Shown: positions 19,782 through 31,566, numbered from the stretch's first letter. The stretch: DNA of 64,000 bases from Clostridia bacterium (GCA_028686615.1 JAQUBQ010000001.1:142-64141), one strand, 5' to 3'. Program-made: numbers and translations. Notes: generated by a model from the letters alone, not told the origin.

Positions 19782-19982
19782 AATAATCTCCCCCTATCTT
19801 TTTATAATCCAAAAAACAATTTTATTTTTTCTTTTTCTATCTTTACAACAGAACCCGTCTCTAAATTCATCATTTCGTATTTATTATCACTCTTTTTAGC
19901 ATAATCTGGTTTATATATTAACCATTCTTTAATAACTTTATTAGTATTATCCTTTTTTCCATTTATAACTTCAAATTTTTGG

Positions 19983-20438
19983 TCAAATCTTATTGTATGT
20001 CCGAAGAACATGTTCTTTTTTATTTTTATATAATCCTGAAGAAAACTTGTATTGGCCTGATGAATAATTATCTTGATCTTCCTTTTTTTCATTCCACACA
20101 TAAGTCCCTCTATCTGTAAAAGTTATATATTCACCTGTCTCTATATTCCAATTTCCAGCTAGCAGATTATCTATATTTAATGAACTAACTAAATTAATGA
20201 ATACAACAATTGTTATTATTGTTCCAACAATTCCTAATATAATGGCTGTAGTGCCTGATTTTGTGTAATATCTTCTTACTGCAAATATTCCATATGTAAT
20301 TGCAAGCACGGCTGCTGGAAATGATACAAAAAAAATCATAGAACTTCCAACAGAAATCAATCCAAGTATAATTGCTGCTATACTATACAATTTACCTGCT
20401 ATCATAAAGATCCTCCTTATTTTATTACACTTTATCAT
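19983..20438 (-). CDS. Small membrane protein (two TM helices) of unknown function. It may continue into the overlapping ORF 19802..20101 through a frameshift.
   Basis: Hydrophobic N-terminal half. The downstream ORF 19802..20101 overlaps it by 119 nt in another frame. Confidence 0.4.
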   Translation of the reverse strand: MIKCNKIRRIFMIAGKLYSIAAIILGLISVGSSMIFFVSFPAAVLAITYGIFAVRRYYTKSGTTAIILGIVGTIITIVVFINLVSSLNIDNLLAGNWNIETGEYITFTDRGTYVWNEKKEDQDNYSSGQYKFSSGLYKNKKEHVLRTYNKI

Positions 20439-20613
20439 GTTTCTAAATATTATTCAATCTTAAAAGTTTAAAATATATGTAAATTTTATAATAATTAAAA
20501 TTCGCATTAACCTATATATTATTATCTTATCTTTATTAACAAAAAACATCTTAATATAAAACTAACAAGTTTAATATTAGATGCTTGCATTCTCTACTAA
20601 TTTAATATGTTTA

Positions 20614-21846
20614 TTACCTTTTTACTGAAAACATGTGCATATCTTTTGCATAATGTTCCCTGTTAATTTCTTTTAACATTTTAGCACCAATTATAGAATA
20701 TAGAATGCCGTTAATTCCATACGACAGATTACAATATACATTAGACATCCCTGGCATTTCATCTATGATGGGCAAGGTATCTTTAGTCTCTGCATATATT
20801 CCAGTAAAACAAAATTCAACCTTTATTTCTTTTAGATTATAAAAAGTTTCTTGAAATAGTTTATATAACCTTTTATATTTCTGTTTTACTATTTGTTTAG
20901 ATATAGTTGTGTTTTGTTCTTTTTCTGTTATTTTGTTTATTAATCCTCCAAACACTATTCTATTATCATGAGTAAACCTCATATATTCATATGGCATTTC
21001 TATATTTCTCGCTGTAAAATTGGTGTCTACTTTTCCTAGCTCTGCTATTGGTTCTGTAACTATATTATATGTCTTATATAAGTCAACAGGCATTTCCGGA
21101 AAATTATTTATAATTTCTGCTCCTTCTGTAATTATTACATTATTTGCTTTTATCTTGAATTTATTATTTGTAATTGCTTCTATATAATCGTCTTTACTTT
21201 TTATTTTTTCTATTTCTGTATGCTCAAATATTTTAACATTTTCTTTTTTTGATAAATAACTCGCTAGTTCTTTAGTAAATTCATAAACATTCATAACTGC
21301 ACTTCCATTTTTTATTTCTATTCCGTGTCTTATATCTATGCACTCATTATCATTTATAATTTCTGCATTAAGTCCAGAATTTAATTTAGCATTATATTCT
21401 TTTACAATCATGCTTTTATTGATATATTTGTTTGTATATAATATTGAATTTACTCTTTTGAAACCTATACTTTCCTTGTTTTCTAATATGTTTACTATTC
21501 TTTCAATCTCATTTAAACTTTCAATACAAAGTTTAGCACATCTTTTTGCCTTTTTATAACCAATTTTTTTAAATAACTTAATTTGCTCAATATTAAGCTG
21601 AAAATCCAGCATTCCTATATTACTACTAGTACTTCCAAATCCAATAATATTCTTATCAACTAAGATAACATTCTTTCCTTCTTCAGACATATAATATGCT
21701 GTAATTAGTCCACTTACTCCTCCGCCTATTATTAATATGTCACATCCTATATTTCTATTTAAATATTCATATGTTTGCTTGTTTGTACTTATATTCCTAA
21801 AGAATAAGTTTCCTTCCGCTAATCTCAAACCTATCACCTCTACCAT
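20614..21846 (-). CDS. FAD-dependent oxidoreductase (DAO/glycine-oxidase-like)
   Basis: GxGxxG dinucleotide fold DILIIGGGVSGLITAYYMSEEGKNVILVDK. 410 aa. Confidence 0.75.
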   Translation of the reverse strand: MVEVIGLRLAEGNLFFRNISTNKQTYEYLNRNIGCDILIIGGGVSGLITAYYMSEEGKNVILVDKNIIGFGSTSSNIGMLDFQLNIEQIKLFKKIGYKKAKRCAKLCIESLNEIERIVNILENKESIGFKRVNSILYTNKYINKSMIVKEYNAKLNSGLNAEIINDNECIDIRHGIEIKNGSAVMNVYEFTKELASYLSKKENVKIFEHTEIEKIKSKDDYIEAITNNKFKIKANNVIITEGAEIINNFPEMPVDLYKTYNIVTEPIAELGKVDTNFTARNIEMPYEYMRFTHDNRIVFGGLINKITEKEQNTTISKQIVKQKYKRLYKLFQETFYNLKEIKVEFCFTGIYAETKDTLPIIDEMPGMSNVYCNLSYGINGILYSIIGAKMLKEINREHYAKDMHMFSVKR

Positions 21847-21940
21847 TATTATTTATATATCTTGGTAAATTTATACATTTTTTATGTTTTTTATCATATT
21901 ATATATAGCTAGTACATATATATAATTATGAACGAAAGAG

Positions 21941-22936
21941 GTGTTTAAATTGTTTTATTCTAATAAAAAAAATATTATTAAAAGAATTGTTGGTTTATTT
22001 ATTTGCCTAACTTTCTTTACTGCCCCTATAATGTCATTAATCTTTGCAAATACAGAAGTTAAAAATTACAAACCAATTTACGGGACATTAACAGCAAATG
22101 TTAATTTTAGAGAGGCCCCTGCACTCAATTCTAAAAAAATATCTGTTCTTAAAAAAGGTGAGGGTATTAAAATGCTTGGAGAATCCGGTAAATTTTATAT
22201 TGTTCAACTTGGATCAAATCAAGTAGGATATGTTTCCAAAAGTTATGTGAAATTCACGAAATCTCCTCCTTCAGGTGCTAAAGTATATCAATCATTAGCT
22301 CCTAAAATGTTAACAGTAAATGCAAATGGTGTAAATTTAAGACGTGGTCCTGGAACAAATTTTTCTAGAATTAGTAGTCTTTCTAAGGGTACTTCTGTAA
22401 AAGTCATTGGAATCATTGGAGAATTTTATCTAGTAATATTAAAAGATTATACTGTGGGAATGATGCACAAGGATTATGTATCTGCTACTACAAACTCTAC
22501 TACAAATTCTGTTAGTACAGCTGAAAAAAATATTAAAGCAAGCCCCACTACAAATCTCTCTAAAGAAGAGTATCTTTTAAAACTTATAAATGATTACCGT
22601 GCAAAAAATGGTGTAAAACCACTTTCATTTGGAGTTACTTTAAATAAAATATCAAAAATGAAATCAGACGATATGGTCCAAAATGATTATTTTTCTCACA
22701 CTTCCCCAAAATATGGTACTCCGTTTGAAATGATGAAAAATAATGGTCTAAATTATAAAAGTGCTGGTGAAAACATAGCTGGTAATCCTAGTTTAGATAA
22801 AGCTATGGATTCTTGGATAAATTCTGAAGGGCACAGAAAGAACATACTTTCCTCATCCTTCAATTATATTGGTATTGGTATTACTGAAAGTCCAAAGTAT
22901 GGCAATGTTATTGTTACTATGTTTGCCGGAATATAA
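21941..22936 (+). CDS. Secreted protein with two SH3b domains and a C-terminal CAP/SCP/PR-1 (YkwD-like) domain
   Basis: Signal/TM segment at the N-terminus. The SH3b-like repeat VNFREAPALNSKKISVLKKGEGIKM occurs twice. The CAP domain reads FSHTSPKYGTPFEMMKNNGLNYKSAGENIA...GHRKNIL. Confidence 0.75.
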   Translation: MFKLFYSNKKNIIKRIVGLFICLTFFTAPIMSLIFANTEVKNYKPIYGTLTANVNFREAPALNSKKISVLKKGEGIKMLGESGKFYIVQLGSNQVGYVSKSYVKFTKSPPSGAKVYQSLAPKMLTVNANGVNLRRGPGTNFSRISSLSKGTSVKVIGIIGEFYLVILKDYTVGMMHKDYVSATTNSTTNSVSTAEKNIKASPTTNLSKEEYLLKLINDYRAKNGVKPLSFGVTLNKISKMKSDDMVQNDYFSHTSPKYGTPFEMMKNNGLNYKSAGENIAGNPSLDKAMDSWINSEGHRKNILSSSFNYIGIGITESPKYGNVIVTMFAGI

Positions 22937-22937
22937 T

Positions 22938-22972
22938 AAAAAGATGATGTTTAAAACATCATCTTTTTTTAT
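22938..22972. terminator. Bidirectional terminator between the CAP-domain gene (+) and the GLUG gene (-)
   Basis: AAAAGATGATGTT / AACATCATCTTTT inverted repeat followed by a T run. Confidence 0.7.
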
Positions 22973-23008
22973 TTTATTATATTTTTATTCTTGCCACTTT
23001 AATATTGG

Positions 23009-25439
23009 TTATCCTCCAGAGCTAGGCATCTTCCACACATTTGTAAAATCCCATCCTGCATTTGTATATGTCTCATGTTGCTTTGCTTGTGCCTCTGTTA
23101 TTGTTGTTCCATCTTTACCATTTTGAGTTGTTTGAGCATTTATAAATGTTGTAGTTCCTGTAGCCGTTGGGCTTGAAAAATATTGCATAGTTCCTAAACC
23201 GTAATTATTATTTGGTGCTCCAAAATTATTTCCTGATATTCTTCCAAAATATGTGCTTGATGTCCCTGTTTGTCTTGTGATTTTTGTATTTAATCCAAAA
23301 CAGTAGCTAACATCTTGCTTATACATATGAATATATGAAATTATGCCTCCTGCTGACCACTTACTAAGAACTTCTCCTGCTGCGTAACACTTTGTAGGAG
23401 AACCATCACCTACTAGTCCACCTCCAGAATCTGTTGCATGAACATTTGCCTTTGAATAGCAATTTCTTAGTATTCCTGTAATATATCCGTCCTAGTCCTC
23501 CACATTCATAACCAGTAACTTTACCCTCTGTATAGCATTCTTCGATAACAGCCTTGTCGGTTTGGTAATTTGAATTTGCATATCCTACTAAAATTCCTGA
23601 TGTTCCGTAATCTATTGCATTAACTTCACCACTTACGCTTGTTCTTTGAATTTTAGTTTCATATGTGTTTCCAGCTAATCCCCCAACGGTACCCTTTGCA
23701 GTAACTTTAACGTTTTCCATTCTTATGTTTTTAAGTGTAGCTTCATATGTTAAACCAAAAAGGCCTATATTATATTCTTCTGGTCTATTAATATTCAAAT
23801 TAGTTATTTTATATCCTGCTCCATCATAAACCCCTGTAAATTTTTCTGTGCTGTCGCCAATTGGAAGCCATCCTGCTCCACTTGAATAGTTTGTTAAATC
23901 TATATTAGCCGTTTGTTTATAATTTTTATTTAGTCCATATCTTATATAATTTAATTCTTCTGCATTAGAAATTAAATATGGATCATTTATTGTTCCTTTT
24001 CCTTTTATATTAAAGCTTTCCATACCTTTAACTGGTAAGAATGTTGGATATGTTGATCCATTTGCTATATTCCATATATTTTCAAAATCCCAACCTATAG
24101 AAGAAAATGTTTCTTTTTGTTTACATGCTTCAAGTGATATATTTAATCCATCTTTTCCTGATAATGTTTTATTTTGGTTTGGAAAGTCTGTTGTCCCTTG
24201 AGAACTTCCTTGTTTAAACAACATTTCCTGATTTGCATATATTCCGCTTTTTTGTGATTGATATTCTTCACCCTCTTCACATAAAACTCTACTTACGTTA
24301 TTATCACTACCTTCACTTCTTGTAATACTATCATTTAATGCAAAAACATTTCTTATTTGTGTTCCCTCTCCAGTTATTCCTACTATTCCTGCAACATAAC
24401 TTTTCCCTTTTATACTAGATGTAGAATAGCTGTTTTTTAGTGAACCAAAGTCATATCCTGAAAAAGATCCTGCTATTCCCCCCACGTAATTTAGTCCATT
24501 TACGCTTCCAGCTGAATAACAATTATCAATAGCAACGTTGTATCCAACACCTATTATTCCTCCTACATTTTGGTTTCCCGTTATATTTCCTGTAGAAGAA
24601 CTATTTATTATAGATATTTCAGAATTACCAGCTATTGCTCCAACATAATTTTTTCCTATAATTTTAGCATTTTCTATTATTACATTTTTTATTTTTTTAT
24701 TTTTATTATAATCATCTTCATAACAATAACCAAATAACCCTTGATAATCTGAATTTGGCCTATTAATTGTTAAATTAATAATTTTATTCCTTCCTCCATC
24801 GTAATTTCCCTTAAATGGATTATTGTAATTGGTTCCTATAGGTTCCCAGCCTTCACCCGAAGAATAAGAACTTAAATCTATATCTGCCACTTGTATGTAT
24901 GACCCGTTTAAATCATTTCTTACATTATATAAATCTTCTGCCGTAACTATTGTGTAAGGATTTGATAAGGTTCCATCACCGCTTTCAGGAATACTATTAG
25001 GTTTGTCCTTTGTTAAAGATATAGGATTTTTCATATAGTAAACATTTCCTGTTTTATCACTATAAATATAATAATCATCTTCACCATTTATTCCTTTACC
25101 CTTTTCCACATTAGATTTTATTAGATTCATATCTAATTTATAAAACTTACCTATTAAACCTCCTACATCTGTTATTATTGTATCCCTTAACGTTGTATTA
25201 CTTAAAATGTCTTGAGTAGACACTTCTGATAAATATGGTTTTACATCTGTTCCCATATTTTCTGCGAAGTATAATTCTACTGCTTTTGATATGTTTCGAG
25301 AATCACTTCTCTCAACTGCTAATTTTGCTTTTCCTATTATATTACTACCTGATAGAGTTAGTATTATAGTAGTTGCTAAAACTATAATTACAATTATAGT
25401 TATAACTAAAACAATTAAACTTATTCCTTTGTTTTTCAT
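23009..25439 (-). pseudogene. Pilin-like N-terminal segment fused to a GLUG-motif repeat surface protein, interrupted by a +1 frameshift near 23480-23500
   Basis: N-terminus MKNKGISLIVLVITIIVIIVLATTIILTL. Many GG(L/I)(A/I/V)G repeats (VGGLIG, VGGIIG, VGGIAG, VGGLAG). Downstream of the frameshift, ORF 23009..23326 carries AGWDFTNVWKM, which parallels IGWDFENIWNI inside the main ORF. The shifted frame continues with NCYSKANVHATDSGGGLVGDG. Confidence 0.65.
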
Positions 25440-25551
25440 AAATACCTCCTAAAGTTAAACTATTTTATCAACATGTAATATATTATCTTATTTTTAAATA
25501 ATACTCAACATATTTTTTATTTTAACTATATATTTTTACATATTTAAATAT

Positions 25552-26016
25552 TTATATTCCTTTTGTAATTTGATTTATATCTGCAGCTATTAATGTATGA
25601 TTGTTTTTTTCTCTAAAGCCGAGGCTTTCATACCATGATATTGGGAAGTTTGTTAAATTATATATACTGGTTTCTATCTGTTCTACCCCATACTTTTTAT
25701 TAGATTTTTCAACCATTTTTTTAAGAATTTTCCCTCCAATTCCTTGCTTTCTAAAGTCTTTATGTACAACTAAAATGTGTGAATCCATTATTAATTGATT
25801 ATATTGCGGTTTTAAAATGCAAAGTCCAGTTCCAATTATTTTGTCTCCTTCCGTTGCAACAAAACATAAATCTTTATTTAGCCTTAAATGTAATAATATA
25901 TATTTTTCTATCATTTCATTATTCCAACGTCTTTTTTTATCTTCCTTTTTATATGAATCAACTATTAAGTTTGATACTTCTTCTAAATCTTTTTTGTTAA
26001 ATAAACGAATTCTCAT
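25552..26016 (-). CDS. GNAT-family N-acetyltransferase
   Basis: VHKDFRKQGIGGKILKKMVE acetyl-CoA binding motif. 154 aa. Confidence 0.8.
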   Translation of the reverse strand: MRIRLFNKKDLEEVSNLIVDSYKKEDKKRRWNNEMIEKYILLHLRLNKDLCFVATEGDKIIGTGLCILKPQYNQLIMDSHILVVHKDFRKQGIGGKILKKMVEKSNKKYGVEQIETSIYNLTNFPISWYESLGFREKNNHTLIAADINQITKGI

Positions 26017-26075
26017 AATATCACCACAGTAATATTATGAGAATTTTTTTGTTTCATATTCTTTATTTAAATACT

Positions 26076-27176
26076 TTATTCAGAAACTTTAAATTCAACA
26101 ACTCTTGCACTTGTTATTTGTGAAGAAATTCCAGTTTCAATATCATAACGATAAACACCTATATCATCTTTAATATTGTAAAAAATTGTGTTTCCTATAA
26201 CTTCTAATATATGTACTTGATCATGTAATACCAATTCTTCTTTACTTCCATCTATTTTAGTCTTATATAATTTGTTTTCACTATTTTCATTAATATAATA
26301 TATTTTATCTTCAAATATCCCCATAACAGATATCCCATTTGTTTGATTTAAGTTGTTTGATTTTATAAGGCTTCCCTTTGTTATCTGTTTCTCTTTTGAA
26401 TTGTTTTTATCTATTTTATATATTTTATTTTCCCTTTTTTTATCACTATAATATATGTTCTTTTCATCTTGAATAATATACCCTATTTCTTTATCATTAG
26501 TTAAAGCTTTCTCTTCTAAACTATTTTTATTGTATTTTATAATGTTTTTATTTTCTTTTTTTACTACATATATATTATTATTATCAATTAGTAATTGATA
26601 TACTTCTCCATCTGTAATTTTCTTATGTTTTCCTTCTTTATTATATTTATATAATCCAGTTTCTACATCCGTTCCTTTTAAAACAACATATATATCATCA
26701 TTAAACATTTCATATGCTTGTACATTTTTATCTATTAAAACTTTTAATTCCTTTGTTTTTCCATTTGGAAATATTTTTATAAGTTTGTTTTCTTTTATAC
26801 CATATATTTCATTTCCTTTTACTTTTAAATGAGCAATACCTTGTCCTATTTTAATGGTATCCTTCATATCAGAAGTTGTTGACATTGTTTTCAGTTGTGT
26901 TTCACCTTCATATGCATAAGATTCACTAGTATAATAAATGTTGTAATTTTCCATGCTAGATATCTCTTCTGGAAGATTTTCAACAAGCCTGTGTTTTGTG
27001 TTATATATATAATATTGGTATATTACATAAGAGGCTATTAGAATCATAAGAAAAAGCGTGAACCAAGTAGATTTTCTAACTCTTTGTATTTTAAAAAGCA
27101 TCTTTTCTCTTTTCTTATTACGCAGGTATTCTTTTCTTGTCATGAATTCATCTTGATTATAATCTAACCTATCCAC
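26076..27176 (-). CDS. Membrane-anchored DUF5050-like beta-propeller repeat protein
   Basis: One TM segment, then repeated IYY / IYK...DGSK motifs (NKLYKTKIDGSKEELV). Confidence 0.45.
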   Translation of the reverse strand: MDRLDYNQDEFMTRKEYLRNKKREKMLFKIQRVRKSTWFTLFLMILIASYVIYQYYIYNTKHRLVENLPEEISSMENYNIYYTSESYAYEGETQLKTMSTTSDMKDTIKIGQGIAHLKVKGNEIYGIKENKLIKIFPNGKTKELKVLIDKNVQAYEMFNDDIYVVLKGTDVETGLYKYNKEGKHKKITDGEVYQLLIDNNNIYVVKKENKNIIKYNKNSLEEKALTNDKEIGYIIQDEKNIYYSDKKRENKIYKIDKNNSKEKQITKGSLIKSNNLNQTNGISVMGIFEDKIYYINENSENKLYKTKIDGSKEELVLHDQVHILEVIGNTIFYNIKDDIGVYRYDIETGISSQITSARVVEFKVSE

Positions 27177-27249
27177 TCTTCCACCCCTTTTCTAAATATA
27201 TATATTTAGCACTATTATACTTTATGAACGCTATAAATTCAATGAAAAA

Positions 27250-27278
27250 GACGGAAAAAGAAAATTTCTTTTTCCGTC
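27250..27278 (-). terminator. Rho-independent terminator after the HdeD-like gene
   Basis: GACGGAAAAAG / CTTTTTCCGTC stems with a 7-nt loop. The minus-strand transcript continues into a U run. Confidence 0.7.
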
Positions 27279-27301
27279 TACCTTTAATTTATAGATATAC
27301 T

Positions 27302-27838
27302 TTATTTTAAATACCTAATTATTGCATACTCTTCTATAATATCAAATATTGAGTATATAATTAATAAAACCGCTGCAGTTTTCACTATAAGCAATGCCCC
27401 TGCAAATGGATTAAATAATAAAAACACACCTAGAATTAATGATAAAATGCTAATAATCAAAATATAAAACCATGCACCATTATCCATGTTTTTAAGAAGT
27501 ATTGCCATTCTAAGTTTTATAAAGCTTCTAAAACATATCCATATTCCTATTATTATTGGAATTATTGAACTTACTATTTGATACTTATATATCATAATAA
27601 TTCCTAAAATTATTGTAGTAATAACATAAACTAGATTTAAACTAAACGAGGCCTCTTTTCTATTTTTTAAATATTGGAACACACCTATTATTCCCAAACC
27701 TATTATTGTAAATCCAATTATTTTAGCTATAACTTCTAATGTGGTTGCAGGATTCATAAATATTAACAAACCTAGTGCTGTAAACATAATAGAAGATATA
27801 ATAGATGGAATAAGTAACTTTCTATATAGTTTTTCCAC
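27302..27838 (-). CDS. HdeD-family (DUF308) small multi-pass membrane protein
   Basis: 178 aa, six predicted TM helices with repeated GxxxIxxG patterns. Confidence 0.45.
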   Translation of the reverse strand: MEKLYRKLLIPSIISSIMFTALGLLIFMNPATTLEVIAKIIGFTIIGLGIIGVFQYLKNRKEASFSLNLVYVITTIILGIIMIYKYQIVSSIIPIIIGIWICFRSFIKLRMAILLKNMDNGAWFYILIISILSLILGVFLLFNPFAGALLIVKTAAVLLIIYSIFDIIEEYAIIRYLK

Positions 27839-27900
27839 AAAATCACTCCCCTTTTTATTTATATTTTATAATATACTAATTTCAAATTTATATCAAGCTT

Positions 27901-28638
27901 TTATAACATTTGAGATAAATAATAATCATTTACAAAATTATAAAATTCATTTAATGTTTTCCCTTTAATTTCAAAACTATATGTTTTTTTAATATCACTT
28001 GATATTACATATAATACTGAATATAATGCTGCTTCTGATATTTCTGAAAAATGCTTTTTATTTATTTCATTCTTTTTGCTATAACAATTGCTACAAGTAG
28101 CCGCATTTGTCGTTTTATCATAGTAATGCTTTATGTCTGTTTTATTATTTTCAAGCATCTTTTTATTACAACTTAAACATTTATACATGTTTGGGGCATA
28201 TCCTAATAAACAAAGAAGTTTTAGTATAAATACGCCTCTTACAAAATCAAACTGTTTGTCCATTTTTTGAATTATAAAAAGAGTATTTAAATATAGTGAA
28301 AGTATTCCAGTTTTTTCTTCTTCTTCATAAGCAAGTTTATTCAATATTTTAGTAACTTCAAAAGCTTTATTAAGCTTTTCATAATCCACTCTTAACGAAT
28401 AAAATGAATCTATCATTTCTGCAGAATTAACATGATAAAAGTTAGTACCTTTATATAATAAAAATTCACTATAAACTAAAAATTGTGATGTTGATAAAAG
28501 AGGACTGTTATTCTTTTTAGCAGCTTTTGCCATGCAAGAAATTTTTCCTAATTTATCTGTCATTATAGTAATTATTTTATCATTCTCTTTGTACTGTACT
28601 TCCTTTATCACTATTCCTTTTACTTTGACTAGTTTCAA
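27901..28638 (-). CDS. recO: DNA repair protein RecO
   Basis: MKLVKVKGIVIKEVQYKENDKIITIMTDKLGKISCMAKAAKK OB-fold N-terminus. The C-terminus has a Cys4 zinc motif (CLSCNKK...CSNC). It lies downstream of era and yqzL as in Bacillus. Confidence 0.85.
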   Translation of the reverse strand: MKLVKVKGIVIKEVQYKENDKIITIMTDKLGKISCMAKAAKKNNSPLLSTSQFLVYSEFLLYKGTNFYHVNSAEMIDSFYSLRVDYEKLNKAFEVTKILNKLAYEEEEKTGILSLYLNTLFIIQKMDKQFDFVRGVFILKLLCLLGYAPNMYKCLSCNKKMLENNKTDIKHYYDKTTNAATCSNCYSKKNEINKKHFSEISEAALYSVLYVISSDIKKTYSFEIKGKTLNEFYNFVNDYYLSQML

Positions 28639-28771
28639 TAAAATTATCTCCCTTTATATCTGTTAACTCTTCACTAAATTCATTGTTATATTTTTTTATT
28701 TCTTTATACTTTAAATAATCATTAATTTTTCCAGAACCTTCAAATTCTTTCCATGCTTTTGTTTCTTCCAT
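28580..28771 (-). CDS. yqzL: YqzL-family small protein
   Basis: AWKEFEGSGKINDYLKYKEIKK matches the WKxFxxTGxIxxYLLYKE YqzL signature. It sits between era and recO, and its 3' end overlaps the recO start. Confidence 0.6.
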   Translation of the reverse strand: MEETKAWKEFEGSGKINDYLKYKEIKKYNNEFSEELTDIKGDNFIETSQSKRNSDKGSTVQRE

Positions 28772-28854
28772 ACATATACTTCCTCTTTTCTTAAGTATAT
28801 TGTATGTGTTTTTTGATCTTATATACCTTTTATTTTGTCTGTTTTTGTAATTAT

Positions 28855-29772
28855 TTATCTAATTTTATCTTTTATATTTCCTAAGAAATTTTCTGTATTT
28901 TCCCAATCTTTTCTAATCTTAACCCAGGTTTTTAAATTAACTCTGGCTCCTGTCATGTTTTGAATTTCTCTTTTAGCAGAAGATGATATTCTTTTAAGCA
29001 TTTCTCCGTTTTTACCAATTATTATTCCTTTATGAGAATCTTTTTTACATATTATTTCAGCTTCGATATCATATACTGGATTTCCATTTTCAGTAGTTCT
29101 AAGTTTCATACTTTCAATGCTTACATTAATACCATGAGGTATTTCTTCATTTAAATAAAACAAAGCTTTTTCTCTTATCGTTTCTTCGGCAATATCTCTT
29201 TCTGTTATATCTGTTACTTCGTCTTCTCCATAAATTAGTTCACCTTCTGGTAATATATTTTCAATAGAATTAAGTAATATATTAATGCCATCATTTTTAT
29301 ACACTGAAATAGGGATTATCTCGACAAAATTTCCTGCCATTTCTTGTATCTCTTTATTGTATTCCTCAATTATTCTAAGAAGATTTTCCTTTTTTATTGC
29401 ATCTATTTTATTAATTGCTAATACGATCTTTTTATTAGATTTAGCGATTGCTTTTATTATCTTTTTATTAGCTTCATCCAGTACTGGTTTTGTCCCATCT
29501 ACTAAATATATGATTACATCTGCATCTTGAAGAACCATATTAACGCCTTTCATCATATACTGCCCTAATTTATGTTTAGGTACATGCACTCCAGGTGTAT
29601 CTATAAATATAATCTGAGAACTAGGACTAGTTCTAATTCCTCTAATATTAAACCTTGTGGTTTGTGGTTTTGGCGTAGTAATTGCAACTTTGAATCCCAC
29701 CAGCTTATTCACTAGACTAGATTTACCTGCATTTGGCTTGCCAACAATTCCTACATATCCAACTTTAAACAT
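28855..29772 (-). CDS. era: GTPase Era
   Basis: G1 VGIVGKPNAGKSSLVN, G3 DTPG, G4 NKID, and a C-terminal KH domain. 305 aa. Confidence 0.95.
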   Translation of the reverse strand: MFKVGYVGIVGKPNAGKSSLVNKLVGFKVAITTPKPQTTRFNIRGIRTSPSSQIIFIDTPGVHVPKHKLGQYMMKGVNMVLQDADVIIYLVDGTKPVLDEANKKIIKAIAKSNKKIVLAINKIDAIKKENLLRIIEEYNKEIQEMAGNFVEIIPISVYKNDGINILLNSIENILPEGELIYGEDEVTDITERDIAEETIREKALFYLNEEIPHGINVSIESMKLRTTENGNPVYDIEAEIICKKDSHKGIIIGKNGEMLKRISSSAKREIQNMTGARVNLKTWVKIRKDWENTENFLGNIKDKIR

Positions 29773-29829
29773 TTTATTCCTCCATTTTTACACTTATATT
29801 ATACACTATGTTGATACATTTTAAAACAA

Positions 29830-29872
29830 CAACAAGTGTAATTTTATCTTACTTGATAATTATTACACTTGT
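29830..29872 (-). terminator. Putative terminator after glyQS
   Basis: 12-bp perfect inverted repeat AACAAGTGTAAT / ATTACACTTGTT with a 19-nt loop. The flanking U content is modest. Confidence 0.45.
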
Positions 29873-29886
29873 TATTTAAATTGAAT

Positions 29887-31275
29887 CTAAAAACAAATTT
29901 TATTTGATAAATATTCTTCTAAATCTGTTATTTTAATTCTTTCTTGTTCCATTGTATCTCTATCACGTATAGTAACACATTCATCTTCTAACGTTTCAAA
30001 ATCTACTGTTAAACAGAACGGTGTTCCTATTTCATCTTGTCTTCTATATCTTTTTCCTATACTTCCTGCTTCATCATACTCACATCTATATTTTTTAATT
30101 AAGCTTCTATATACTTCTTCTGCTTTTTCAGATAATTTTTTTGATAGAGGTAATACTGCTACTTTAATTGGAGCAAGGAATGGATGTAGTTTCATTACCA
30201 CTCTTGTATCTCCTTCTGAGATTTCCTCTTTATTGTATGCCTCTGATAAAAACGCAAGTACTAATCTATCAACTCCAACTGAAGGTTCAACACAATATGG
30301 AACATATTTTTTATTATTATCAAGTGGATCTGTATATGTAAAGTCTTCTCCTGAATGTTCCATGTGTTGCTTTAAGTCATAATCTGTTCTGTCAGCTATT
30401 CCCCAAAGTTCTCCAAAACCAAATGGATATCTGTATTCAATATCTGTTGTTCCAACACTATAGAATGATAATTCTTCTGGCGAATGGTCCCTCATTCTTA
30501 AATTTTCTTTTTTAATTCCTAAATCTATTAACCAATTCTCACAATATTCTTTCCAATATGAAAACCATTCAAGGTCTGTTCCTGGTGCACAGAAAAATTC
30601 TAACTCCATTTGTTCAAATTCACGTACTCTAAATATAAAGTTGCCTGGAGTTATTTCGTTACGGAATGATTTTCCTATTTGAGCAATACCCATTGGCATT
30701 TTACTTCTAGTCGTACGTAATACATTTTTATAATTTACGAATATACCTTGTGCTGTTTCTGGTCTTAAATGTAATTCTGATTGACTATCTTCAGTTACTC
30801 CTTGGAAAGTTTTAAACATAAGATTAAACTTCCTAATATCAGTAAAATCTTCTTTTCCACACTTTGGACATTCTATATGATTTTCTGATATAAAGGATAC
30901 CATTTTTTCATCTGACCAACCATCTACAACAGCTGTTTCATCTTTTTCACTTAACCAATCTTCTATTAACTTATCCGCTCTATGCCTTGTCTTACATGCT
31001 TTACAATCCATTAACGGATCAGAAAAACCACCAACATGACCAGATGCAACCCATACTTTAGGGTTCATTAATATTGCTGAATCAAGTCCCACATTATATC
31101 TTGACTCATCAACAAATTTTTTCCACCAAGCACGTTTAACATTGTTTTTAAACTCTACTCCTAAAGGCCCATAGTCCCATGTATTTGAAAGTCCTCCATA
31201 GATTTCAGAACCTGGGAATACATATCCCCTGTTTTTACATAGTGCCACTAATTCTTGCATTGTTACTTCTTTCAT
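29887..31275 (-). CDS. glyQS: Glycine--tRNA ligase, single-chain (alpha2) form
   Basis: 462 aa. N-terminus [34 protein letters not shown], class II motifs, and a C-terminal anticodon-binding domain. Confidence 0.95.
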   Translation of the reverse strand: MKEVTMQELVALCKNRGYVFPGSEIYGGLSNTWDYGPLGVEFKNNVKRAWWKKFVDESRYNVGLDSAILMNPKVWVASGHVGGFSDPLMDCKACKTRHRADKLIEDWLSEKDETAVVDGWSDEKMVSFISENHIECPKCGKEDFTDIRKFNLMFKTFQGVTEDSQSELHLRPETAQGIFVNYKNVLRTTRSKMPMGIAQIGKSFRNEITPGNFIFRVREFEQMELEFFCAPGTDLEWFSYWKEYCENWLIDLGIKKENLRMRDHSPEELSFYSVGTTDIEYRYPFGFGELWGIADRTDYDLKQHMEHSGEDFTYTDPLDNNKKYVPYCVEPSVGVDRLVLAFLSEAYNKEEISEGDTRVVMKLHPFLAPIKVAVLPLSKKLSEKAEEVYRSLIKKYRCEYDEAGSIGKRYRRQDEIGTPFCLTVDFETLEDECVTIRDRDTMEQERIKITDLEEYLSNKICF

Positions 31276-31354
31276 AATTTTTCTCCTTTTAAATTTATCT
31301 TTTAACGTTTACTATTTTAATACAAATTAAGGTTAATTACAAGTGTTATTAACC

Positions 31355-31393
31355 TTATTCCCTTTCTTTCATTGAGAGTTCTACCTTTTGCAT
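31355..31393 (-). other. 12-codon mini-ORF (MQKVELSMKERE) with a strong RBS in the glyQS leader, abutting a hairpin
   Basis: The minus strand reads AAGGAGG, a 7-nt spacer, then ATG CAA AAG GTA GAA CTC TCA ATG AAA GAA AGG GAA TAA. The stop at 31355-31357 is directly followed by the hairpin GGTTAAT...ATTAACC (31331-31354), then the glyQS RBS. Confidence 0.3.
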
Positions 31394-31537
31394 ATTATCC
31401 TCCTTAATTTTAAATGATGTTTTTAATTATATCATTTAAGAGAACAAATTTTTATTGGTTGGGACATTTTCTCATTTCATTACTTAAGACATTATCACAT
31501 TTCTTTCATAAAATATAAAAACTAAAAAACTAAAAAC

Positions 31538-31566
31538 TTGACAAAACTATAATGTTCTTATATAAT
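31538..31566 (+). promoter_or_regulatory. Consensus sigma-A promoter (TTGACA, 17 nt, TATAAT) for the small gene 31638..31910
   Basis: TTGACA at 31538-31543, a 17-nt spacer, TATAAT at 31561-31566. A GGAGGG RBS lies 9 nt before the ATG at 31638. Confidence 0.7.

Noticed and set aside
29773-29830. Promoter for era
   Set aside because: Several TATAAT-like hexamers are present, but no -35 hexamer sits at acceptable spacing. AT-rich sequence makes a chance match likely.
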